Source of the DNA: Candidatus Gottesmanbacteria bacterium
GTDB lineage: Bacteria > Patescibacteriota > Microgenomatia > UBA10105 > UBA927
DNA length: 64,000 nucleotides
Assembly: GCA_963714095.1 (NCBI GenBank)
Contig: OY970230.1
Span: forward strand, 724,103 to 788,102
Direction: 5' to 3'
This document shows positions 32,751 through 41,042 of this stretch, in pieces (the stretch's first letter is position 1; each line of letters starts with the position of its first letter). The notes beneath the pieces are model-generated. The model did not search any database. It was given only the letters and a program-made list of their open reading frames with translations, and had not been told where the DNA came from. Made by a program: the position numbers and the translations under genes.

Positions 32751-33062
32751 ATGGTCGGTAATTCTCCTGAAAATATAAGTAGACCTGCCTTGGATGACAT
32801 AGTAAAAATAGCGGTGTCTGCGGAATACGGAAAGTATGTCGCATTAAAATTTGGGTTGTTTGGGGGTAATGAAGATGCTGTCAGGGAAGCCTATGGTGAG
32901 TATATTGCTGGCAGAGAAATAGGTGAGCCGTTGGTAGAAAAAGCAGAGACAAAATTTTTCAGGTTAACCGGATTTTCAGCCTCAGATATCTATAAAAAAG
33001 CTCAGCAGGCGCATCTTCAATTGGAGCAAAAGAACGTCATGCGTCCTCTTGACAACCAATGA
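32751..33062 (+). CDS. Hypothetical protein
   Basis: ORF behind a TTGACA...TAGAAT promoter. Confidence 0.6.
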   Translation: MVGNSPENISRPALDDIVKIAVSAEYGKYVALKFGLFGGNEDAVREAYGEYIAGREIGEPLVEKAETKFFRLTGFSASDIYKKAQQAHLQLEQKNVMRPLDNQ

Positions 33063-33102
33063 TTCATACAGGATACTGAAAGAGAGTTGATTTCTTTTCC
33101 GT

Positions 33103-33732
33103 ATGAAATTTGGTTCTAAATACCTCGGACAATCACTGGCGCTCGGGATGATGGTTGTTGTATTGGCTGGTACCGTTGTGGCCATTACGCAAATGGGAAG
33201 TCAGGATATCCGGGGAAGGGCAGCAAGCAGCGGACAGTATCCTTCACCAACACCATTTATGTGGATGCCCAATGGGCAAAACTGCACAAGCTGTGGTTGT
33301 AACTGTTGTGCCAGCGGAGACTCATTGAATGGTGTTTGTCTATCCCCCTGTGATTTTGATGCGAAGAAACCCCCATCGATGCCCACTGTACAATGTGACG
33401 CAACACCAACTCCCACCCCCACTCCAGTATATTGTCAACATATGTGCGTGCAGCCATCAGCATGTGCTAACTTTGTGCCAGGATATTGTACCAACAATGC
33501 TGTATGTTGTACGATCATAAGTCTTACCCCTACTCCTACTCCCGCATGTGTTGTGGGTAAAACAAAAGGCTGTGTTACACCTAATGGTGCCGCAGGTAAT
33601 ATTGTATGTGTTAGTCCGGGCGTCTGGAATACGAGTAGTTGTCAGAGCATACAATGCTCGTTGACGTGTAAGACAACTGCAGATTGTTGTAACGGTTATA
33701 ACTGTAAAAACGGCGGGTGTCAAAAGAACTAA
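33103..33732 (+). CDS. Cys-rich, Pro/Thr-linker surface or secreted protein
   Basis: N-terminal TM, more than 25 Cys, TPTPTP linkers. Confidence 0.75.
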   Translation: MKFGSKYLGQSLALGMMVVVLAGTVVAITQMGSQDIRGRAASSGQYPSPTPFMWMPNGQNCTSCGCNCCASGDSLNGVCLSPCDFDAKKPPSMPTVQCDATPTPTPTPVYCQHMCVQPSACANFVPGYCTNNAVCCTIISLTPTPTPACVVGKTKGCVTPNGAAGNIVCVSPGVWNTSSCQSIQCSLTCKTTADCCNGYNCKNGGCQKN

Positions 33733-33811
33733 CGTCTAGTCGCTCCGTTCTTGCCTCGAAGCCGCACTTCCTGTATAATATCCAGTATCCTAATGAAAGC
33801 AGGTACTATGA

Positions 33812-34927
33812 ATGGCAAAAGCAACAAAATCTTCATCTAAAACCCCAGTTCCCCAGACAATGGAGGAGCTTCTTGCAAGCACAGCCTATACCCTCAAAGG
33901 TGTGAAAAAAGGCGATGTCGTGGAGGGGAAAATCACGCGCATATCCCGGAAAGAAATGACCATAGATATCGGTGGCAAGACTGAGGGTGTTGTTATTGAC
34001 CGTGAGCTTGAAACGTACCGCGATATGCTCATGGCACTGCATGTTGGTGATACGGTTGTGGCGCAGGTGATCGTTGCCGAAAACGACCGCGGGCAGTCGG
34101 TTTTATCGCTGCGCCGCAGCATCTTTGAAAAACGATGGGCAGCGCTTACTGAGAAGCAGAAGAGTGGGGAAGTGGTCGAGGTTACTCTCAAAGAGCCGGT
34201 TCGCGGGGGAATTCTGGTCGACTACGGTGGGCTCCGTGGATATATTCCGCAATCACAACTGGATTCGGCGACTGTGAAGGGAATGGATAAGATGATCAAC
34301 CGCAGGACGCAGGCAAAAGTCGTTGAGGTGGACCGCGATACAAATCGGCTGGTATTCTCGCAGCGCGCAGTCACCGAAGGAGCTGCCCTTGCCAAGCAAA
34401 AAGATGTATTATCCGCCCTTACCGTGGGGGACACAGTACAGGCAACTATCACCGGTGTCGTACCTTTTGGTGCATTTGCAAAGCTGAAAGTGACCAAAGA
34501 CAAGGAAGAACACGAAGTCGAAGGACTCATTCATATTTCCGAAATCGCATGGGAAAAAGTTGAAGACGTGAACCAGTATCTTAAAACCGGTGATAACATA
34601 AAAGTGAAAATCATAGGTATTGATGCGGCATCGGGGAAGCTGACGCTGTCCCTCAAACAACTGCTGCCCGATCCGTGGGAGCATGTGCTTGATATGTTTG
34701 AGAAGGATTCGATGGTTAAAGGCAAAGTGTCACGCGTCTCTCCGTACGGCATTTTTGTGATTCTTTCGCCCGGAATTGAGGGCCTCATTCATATCAGTAA
34801 AATTTCCCTCGGTGAGGAACCTAAAAGTGGGGATGAAATTCAGTGTATTATCGAAGACATCAAACCCGAACAGCGCAAAATCAGCCTCTCCATGACCCTT
34901 ACCGAAAAGCCGATTGGCTATAGGTAA
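33812..34927 (+). CDS. rpsA: Ribosomal protein S1-like (4 S1 domains)
   Basis: Repeated FGAF/GLIHISE S1 motifs. Confidence 0.88.
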   Translation: MAKATKSSSKTPVPQTMEELLASTAYTLKGVKKGDVVEGKITRISRKEMTIDIGGKTEGVVIDRELETYRDMLMALHVGDTVVAQVIVAENDRGQSVLSLRRSIFEKRWAALTEKQKSGEVVEVTLKEPVRGGILVDYGGLRGYIPQSQLDSATVKGMDKMINRRTQAKVVEVDRDTNRLVFSQRAVTEGAALAKQKDVLSALTVGDTVQATITGVVPFGAFAKLKVTKDKEEHEVEGLIHISEIAWEKVEDVNQYLKTGDNIKVKIIGIDAASGKLTLSLKQLLPDPWEHVLDMFEKDSMVKGKVSRVSPYGIFVILSPGIEGLIHISKISLGEEPKSGDEIQCIIEDIKPEQRKISLSMTLTEKPIGYR

Positions 34928-34944
34928 GGTATAATTTATTAGTT

Positions 34945-35641
34945 ATGGTATCTGAAGGACTTAGACCGATTGTTTATGTTGGTAGCAGCGGAGAGATTTC
35001 TCTTGTTGCTCAGCAAAAAACTCCATTGTCAAAAGAAGCCGTCCAGGCATTAGGGGAAGCAGTTTTGACGAGGGTAAATCCCGAGAAACAAGATCATATA
35101 AAAGCCGCTCACAAGCTAGACCGATTGAGCGCTGAGGCCGGGTTATTAACGACCGACGGGAAAGCAGAATTATTATCCCCCAGAAGATTTTCGAAATTGG
35201 ATTCATGCGGGGGATATGAGTCACAACCCATGGAAGCAGCTTGATTTTATTGGAAGAAAGCCTGGCGAATACAAGGGTTTTGTTAATACATATAGAATGG
35301 ATCGCGGCAATAAAACAGCGTTATTAGAGCACGGAACGTTGCAAAACCCCAAGGCTCTCGGTGAAGAAATAGAATGGTATGTTCCAGAAGGAATAAAAGA
35401 ACTCGAAGAAAGCGCAATTACGAAGCAAATGTCAGACAGATTTAAACAGGGCACAGATTATATTGTCCATTGGGCTGATGCAGATGATATAACACCTAAG
35501 GATGAAGCATTATTGAAGCGACTTGGATTCGCCCGGGCATATCAGGATCACTATATGGGTGAAGTAAGTGAGAGTATTTGTTTTTCTGTTGATCGGCCAA
35601 CATTTGCCGAGGCGCTTTTACAAAAAATGGTAATGAAGTAA
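34945..35641 (+). pseudogene. Hypothetical gene probably split by a frameshift (ORFs 34945-35244 and 35216-35641)
   Basis: The second frame is open back to the C5 run at 35177-35181; removing one C fuses the two ORFs. Confidence 0.5.
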
Positions 35642-35684
35642 TCTTCTTTATACATTTAATTGATTTTGATATAGAATAACCCCA

Positions 35685-36989
35685 ATGAAACTCCGGACAT
35701 CGTACATTTGCCAGCAGTGCGGGTTTGAGAGCCCCAGTTGGTACGGGAAGTGCCCCAATTGCGGGGAGTGGAATACGCTCGTTGAAACGGTAAAAGAGGT
35801 AGGGTCAGCAAACAGTAAACAGAGGATAGAGAATAGAAATGCTGCAAAGCCGCAAAAATTATCGGAAGTGCGGCATATTGAAAAAAATAGATTAAAAAGT
35901 GGGTTTGCGGAATTTGACCGTGTGATGGGCGGGGGGATTGTGCCTGGGTCGGTGACATTACTGGCGGGAGATCCGGGAATCGGAAAATCTACGTTACTTC
36001 TTCATGTGATAGCCAAATCCGGCGGGTTGTATGTGTCCGGCGAGGAGTCAGCGGAGCAAATAAAGCTACGCGCCAAACGCCTGGGAGTAGAAGGCACAAA
36101 TATCAGCATCCTTTCGGAAACGTCCGTAGAATCGATTGCAGCTTCTTTGGAAACGAGCGTAGATAAGAGTCTCGTAATCATCGATTCTATTCAGACGCTG
36201 TCGTCAGCGGATTTAGACGGAATGGCCGGATCGGTCGGACAAATCCGGCACTGCGCGGAAGTTTTGGTGGGTGTTGCAAAAAGCAAAGGGATTCCGATGA
36301 TGATTATCGGCCACGTGACGAAGGAGGGAACGATAGCCGGGCCGAAAGTGCTCGAACATATGGTCGATACCGTCCTGTATCTGGAAGGAGAACGGTTTGC
36401 TAATGCAAGAATCTTGCGGACCTACAAAAACCGGTTCGGTGCAATTGAAGAGGTGGGAATTTTTGAAATGGATGAGAAAGGACTGAAAGAGATATCCAAT
36501 CCATCCGCTCTATTTCTTCAAGACCGGGTAAAAAATGTTGCCGGATCTGCGGTGACCGTTGTTATGGAGGGAACCCGTCCGATGCTCATTGAAATTCAGG
36601 CGTTGGCGGTCGCGTCAGCACTTGCCATGCCGAGACGCATAGCAAATGGTATTGATTACAACCGTTTGCAACTATTGGTTGCCATTTTACAGAAACGGTT
36701 GAATATTCCACTGGGAAGTTTTGACGTATTCGTGAATGTCTCCGGCGGGATGAAGATTGAGGAACCGGCAGCAGATTTGGCCGTCGCTCTTGCCATTATC
36801 AGTTCGTTTAAGAATAAGCCCTTGGATCCTAGGACCGCGGTCTTCGGCGAGGTGGGCCTCCTCGGGGAGGTCCGCTCTATCGGTTCGGATGAGCGCCGGA
36901 CAAAAGAGGCTAAACGACTTGGTTTTACGACGGTAATTTCTCCGAAATCCGTCCGCAACCTGAGACAGGCAGAATCCATATTGAAATAA
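35685..36989 (+). CDS. radA: DNA repair protein RadA/Sms
   Basis: C4 zinc finger, GDPGIGKST, KNRFG. Confidence 0.96.
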   Translation: MKLRTSYICQQCGFESPSWYGKCPNCGEWNTLVETVKEVGSANSKQRIENRNAAKPQKLSEVRHIEKNRLKSGFAEFDRVMGGGIVPGSVTLLAGDPGIGKSTLLLHVIAKSGGLYVSGEESAEQIKLRAKRLGVEGTNISILSETSVESIAASLETSVDKSLVIIDSIQTLSSADLDGMAGSVGQIRHCAEVLVGVAKSKGIPMMIIGHVTKEGTIAGPKVLEHMVDTVLYLEGERFANARILRTYKNRFGAIEEVGIFEMDEKGLKEISNPSALFLQDRVKNVAGSAVTVVMEGTRPMLIEIQALAVASALAMPRRIANGIDYNRLQLLVAILQKRLNIPLGSFDVFVNVSGGMKIEEPAADLAVALAIISSFKNKPLDPRTAVFGEVGLLGEVRSIGSDERRTKEAKRLGFTTVISPKSVRNLRQAESILK

Positions 36990-37010
36990 TGTTCATGATA
37001 TACTCATTAC

Positions 37011-37706
37011 ATGACCATATCTGTTGTTATTCCTGCCTATAACGAAGAGAAATATTTGCCGCGGACGATTGAATCACTGAAAAAATTAGATCGTAAACCG
37101 GATGAAATTATAGTTGTCGATGGCGGATCGACAGACAAAACCGCTGATATTGCCCGTCACCACGGCGCAATTGTGATTACTGTTGCTCACCGTGGAATCG
37201 GATTTGCGCGGGATAAGGGGCTGCAAAAAGCAACCTGCGATATTATTGCGTTTACCGATGCCGATACGGTAGTGCCGCGGGATTGGCTCACCAAAATTGA
37301 AGAAACATTGTCACGCCCGGGCGTCGTGGGGGTATTCGGTACATTCCGCGTACCGGACGGCTGGTGGGTGTACCGTTGGTATGTTAACTACTTTCAACCG
37401 TGGCTTAACCAGCTGTATTATTGGTTGGGAATTCCCATGGCAGCAGGCCAAAATATTGCATTTTTGCGGAAAATCGGACGCGCGGTCGGCGGATTTCCCG
37501 AGGATTATAAAATTGCGGAAGATATTGAAATGGCGACGCGTCTCAAAAAAGCAGGCAAAGTAATATTGCGGCAGGATCTTATTGTTTCCAGTTCGGGACG
37601 GCGGGGCAATGAAGGATTTAGCATGATGACGCGCGTCTTTAAAGCTTTTTTCCTCTATTTCATTTTCAAAAAAGCTAATAAGATAGGTTTCCCCGACATG
37701 CGGTAA
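37011..37706 (+). CDS. GT2 glycosyltransferase
   Basis: SVVIPAYNEE, VDGGS, FTDAD, ED. Confidence 0.9.
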   Translation: MTISVVIPAYNEEKYLPRTIESLKKLDRKPDEIIVVDGGSTDKTADIARHHGAIVITVAHRGIGFARDKGLQKATCDIIAFTDADTVVPRDWLTKIEETLSRPGVVGVFGTFRVPDGWWVYRWYVNYFQPWLNQLYYWLGIPMAAGQNIAFLRKIGRAVGGFPEDYKIAEDIEMATRLKKAGKVILRQDLIVSSSGRRGNEGFSMMTRVFKAFFLYFIFKKANKIGFPDMR

Positions 37707-37745
37707 CCCACAGCTATTCTTCAGGAAATTTGTGGTACAATTCGG

Positions 37746-38561
37746 GTGGTGAAAAGCAAAAAGAACTTATTGAAGGAATCCGCGAAACCGGTTCCTGCAG
37801 TGCCTATCGGTGCAAAGCCGCCGGCGGAGTTTACGAAGGCATTGGCTGCCGAGATCGTCAAAAACCTCACATCCATCGGCCGTTTTACCACGCGCCCCTT
37901 TATCCGCCACAAAAATACCGATGTAATCTCCGTCAAAGAGGAACTGTTGGGCGAGTATCCGGTTCTTGTGGATACCAGCGTCCTAATTGACGGCAGGATC
38001 CTCCCGATTGCCAATAGCGGATTTATCACGGGAACACTGGTTATTCCGCAATTCATTTTAGGGGAATTGCAGCATATAGCCGATTCCGAGGATAGTTTGC
38101 GCCGGGCCAAGGGCAGACGGGGCCTGGATATCATCAACAAACTCAAAGGCCAGAAGGTTAATAAGCTTCTGCACGTCAAATTCATATCCACGGACCCTGT
38201 CGATGTGAAAGAGGTTGACGCAAAGCTTGTCGCCCTTGCGAGGCGGTGGGCGAGTCAGAAAGTGCGGCTTCTGACCGTGGATTTTAATTTGGCGCACGTG
38301 GCCCGTGTCCAGGGGGTTAAAATATTGAATGTCAACGATATCGCCCAGGCACTCAAATTATCGCTCATGCCGGGAGAAGAGTTTACCGTGCGCGTGACCC
38401 ATGAGGGCAAGGAGCGCGCGCAGGGAGTCGGTTATTTAGCAGACGGCACCATGGTGGTCGTCGACAACGCCCGTGACCGTGTAGGAATGGATTTGGTGGT
38501 TATTGTCACCAAAGTCCACCAGACCGCAGCCGGCCAGCTATTCTTCGCACGGATGAAGTAG
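37746..38561 (+). CDS. PIN/TRAM domain protein (YacL-like, lacking the TM region)
   Basis: VDTSVLIDGR, GRRGLD, TVDFNL, QGVGYLADGTMVVV. Confidence 0.88.
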   Translation: MVKSKKNLLKESAKPVPAVPIGAKPPAEFTKALAAEIVKNLTSIGRFTTRPFIRHKNTDVISVKEELLGEYPVLVDTSVLIDGRILPIANSGFITGTLVIPQFILGELQHIADSEDSLRRAKGRRGLDIINKLKGQKVNKLLHVKFISTDPVDVKEVDAKLVALARRWASQKVRLLTVDFNLAHVARVQGVKILNVNDIAQALKLSLMPGEEFTVRVTHEGKERAQGVGYLADGTMVVVDNARDRVGMDLVVIVTKVHQTAAGQLFFARMK

Positions 38562-38565
38562 CCTC

Positions 38566-38631
38566 GTTTACAATTTTTAACTTTTCGCGTCCCGTACACG
38601 GGTTCCCATCTCAAAGTAAAAAATTGTAAAC
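38566..38631. repeat. Long imperfect palindrome (REP-like element or terminator)
   Basis: GTTTACAATTTTTAACTTT...AAAGTAAAAAATTGTAAAC with inner CCCGT/ACGGG. Confidence 0.6.
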
Positions 38632-38646
38632 TTCATGTATAGTAAG

Positions 38647-38666
38647 TTATCCAAGAGTTATCCACA
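38647..38666 (+). promoter_or_regulatory. Tandem DnaA-box-like sites
   Basis: TTATCCAAG (38647) and perfect TTATCCACA (38658), 11 bp apart. Confidence 0.5.
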
Positions 38667-38800
38667 ATTATTTCATAGAAAAAATATAGAGCGCTAAAAC
38701 GTGCTGTTTAATACAAAATAAACTATAAGTTATTGATATTTCAGTAAGTAAAAAACCTATGGGTCTTGACACGCGGCAGCGGGCGTGATTGAATGGGACT

Positions 38801-38959
38801 ATGAAGATGAAACTTTTATTACAGCGAATGGGTTTGGGTAGCAAAGCAGAGCGTAAATCTCCGATAGCCCTCGAGCGGGAGCGATTTGAAGCAGAGGTGA
38901 AGGATCAGTTTAAAAAACTGAAGGATAAAGGGCTAAGTATACCGGTGTTTACTTTATAG
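38801..38959 (+). CDS. Unannotated 52-aa basic protein
   Basis: MKMKLLLQRMGLGSKAERKSPIALERERFEAEVKDQFKKLKDKGLSIPVFTL; TTGACA-17-TTGAAT-6nt-ATG upstream. Confidence 0.6.
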   Translation: MKMKLLLQRMGLGSKAERKSPIALERERFEAEVKDQFKKLKDKGLSIPVFTL

Positions 38960-38961
38960 GG

Positions 38962-39056
38962 AAAAAAAAGCATCACTACCGCTAGACATGGTTAGGCTAC
39001 GAGTAGTAATGCCTTTTAGTGTAGGTATCATTTTTTGGGCAAAAGAATAATACCTA
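38962..39056 (-). ncRNA. Candidate two-hairpin small RNA
   Basis: Minus-strand TTGACA(39091)-17-TACGTT, two stems whose G.U pairs work on the minus strand, U8 tail. Confidence 0.5.
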
Positions 39057-39232
39057 AGTGACAACGTATCAGTGCATACGTTTGTTGTCAAATAAATAAT
39101 TGAAGCTAAATTTCTTCTTTAGCCCGTTCGGTCGGGGTATTTGTACTTTTTAAAATTGTTATATCTTTTCCCCAGTTTTTTTATATTTTTTCCCACACAG
39201 TTGTTACGAATTTCTACGATGCAATATTCCGG

Positions 39233-39261
39233 TTGACAAGAATTAATTATCGATATACAAT
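39233..39261 (+). promoter_or_regulatory. Near-consensus sigma70 promoter with no downstream CDS
   Basis: TTGACA-17bp-TACAAT. Confidence 0.7.
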
Positions 39262-39267
39262 CGCGAC

Positions 39268-39406
39268 GAGTCGGGCTAAAGATAAATTTCTGAGCAAGAA
39301 AAATGTCATTGAACAAATCGCGCGCCAGTTCTGTTTTGTAATGGGGGATTGATAGTTGGGCAGGCTGTCAATCTCCCTTAGAGAGCAGAACAACGCGCGA
39401 TTTTTT
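39268..39406 (+). ncRNA. Candidate long-hairpin ncRNA
   Basis: Stem 39315-39403 with at least 6 G.U pairs on the + strand, then a T6 tract. Confidence 0.5.
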
Positions 39407-41042
39407 ATTGGGTGAGCAAGTTGAGGAGATGTTCTCTCGAATACCGGCCGACATTTTGGAAAATCAGCACCGTTGGATGGTCAAAAACCTGGATAGATTC
39501 TTCCGCAATATCATCATTGACGGCGATTCCGAATAACTGGGGGTAGGAGGTAAACCTGCCTACTTCTTTGTATCCTAATGAACCGTCCAGCAGTCGCTGA
39601 TAAAACAATTTCGTCAGGGGGTATTTACCTCCTAAATACGGCATCGTTGCCCACATACGGCGTGTTGAGAGGATAATGAAATCTCCGACAACGAGTTTAT
39701 CGGCGTAGTAATTCTTTTTCGCATCGTTGTCTTCGTCATAGACCGTCAACAGTTCGCGGTTATACGAAATTTCACCAGGCAAATCTAACGGGAGACCGTC
39801 ATTCCAATGTTCCGTATAAATTTTGGCGCCGGCGGGGATATGGGCAAAAATCCACTCAGAAGCAGTAAAGCGTGTCTGCGGCCGCAGATATACGGTCCAG
39901 TTGGCCAACCCCCACAAAAAAGTAATGTTAAGTAAAAGAAGAGTGATGGCGACGCCGGAAACACGAAAGCGTTTTGTAAACGCGACACAAAGCCATGACG
40001 CGGCAATGGTTATAAACGGTAGAAACGGCACGTTATAGCGGTTAAACTTAGCAAACCACGAACCTACCCAGCCAAAATAGATGAGGGGAAAGATGAGAAA
40101 TACAGAATAGCCAATAGCCAAGGGTGAATGGGAAAATTTTTTTAGTTTTGTGAGTATTTGAATAACAATGACGATCAGTCCGATCATTCCGATGATGGAC
40201 AACGGTCCTGCCTGCCAGAGCATGGTTTCAATTTGGAAGAGGTACGGGGTGGTATGCAGAAATTGGAGCGTGTAGGGTACCGTAAAACGCCCCAGGGCCA
40301 CTCCGGATTCATACGTCATGGATTCGTAAAAATGACTGAAGTCTAAGAGCGTATACGGGGAAAAAAGAAAGAAAATGACACCGGCAATACCGCCAAGTAC
40401 CAATGTCGAGAGAATTTTTTTGGAGAGATGTTTGAAAAAACCATGCGGGAGCCAGATAGCCGAAAGGGGAATGAGGCCAAAGAGTAAACTGGTCGTTTTC
40501 GCCGCGAGTGCAAGACCCCAAACGAAGCCAAGTACTGCAATATTTTTTTTAGATATTTTTCTTGCGGCCAGAAGAAGTAAAAGAATAAAAAATACTAACA
40601 TGGTTTCCGTTGTTTCGAAATGTGCCTGTTGGATGGCCCAAGGGGAGAATGTAAGAAATGTCGCTGAGAGAACTCCGATTACGGGAGAAAAATACGCGGC
40701 ACCGGCCAGATAGATAAGCAAAATACTGAGAGTCGAGAGTGTCGCCGAGACGTATCGTCCGATGACGGCAATCCGGCCCCAATCCGTGAGCCACTGTGGA
40801 TTATGCGTTATTGCAACGACCCCTTCACCAAGCGCGCGGTAGAGATACACAGGCAATCCCCCGTAGGCGAAAAACTTCGGATTCAGCTGATCGAAAAAAT
40901 GGATCCGTGTGACGGCCCAGCTAATATTTCGTTCATCAGGATGGAAAGCCCCGTACGAATCCCAGTTGACGTTGGTGAGTCGGAGAATCCCGCCGACGAA
41001 CATAATGAAAATAAGAAGAATAAGAATATGTCCTTTTTTCAT
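39405..41042 (-). CDS. GT-C glycosyltransferase (ArnT/PMT-like)
   Basis: FHPDE after TM1, many TMs, RYNVP. Confidence 0.85.
   Translation of the reverse strand: MKKGHILILLIFIMFVGGILRLTNVNWDSYGAFHPDERNISWAVTRIHFFDQLNPKFFAYGGLPVYLYRALGEGVVAITHNPQWLTDWGRIAVIGRYVSATLSTLSILLIYLAGAAYFSPVIGVLSATFLTFSPWAIQQAHFETTETMLVFFILLLLLAARKISKKNIAVLGFVWGLALAAKTTSLLFGLIPLSAIWLPHGFFKHLSKKILSTLVLGGIAGVIFFLFSPYTLLDFSHFYESMTYESGVALGRFTVPYTLQFLHTTPYLFQIETMLWQAGPLSIIGMIGLIVIVIQILTKLKKFSHSPLAIGYSVFLIFPLIYFGWVGSWFAKFNRYNVPFLPFITIAASWLCVAFTKRFRVSGVAITLLLLNITFLWGLANWTVYLRPQTRFTASEWIFAHIPAGAKIYTEHWNDGLPLDLPGEISYNRELLTVYDEDNDAKKNYYADKLVVGDFIILSTRRMWATMPYLGGKYPLTKLFYQRLLDGSLGYKEVGRFTSYPQLFGIAVNDDIAEESIQVFDHPTVLIFQNVGRYSREHLLNLLTQ

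Noticed and set aside
33405-33545. ACTCC-type short tandem repeats
   Set aside because: They simply encode Thr-Pro linkers
39315-39403. Hairpin as SRP (4.5S) or 6S RNA
   Set aside because: No CAGG/GNRA/AGCA domain IV and no large central bubble
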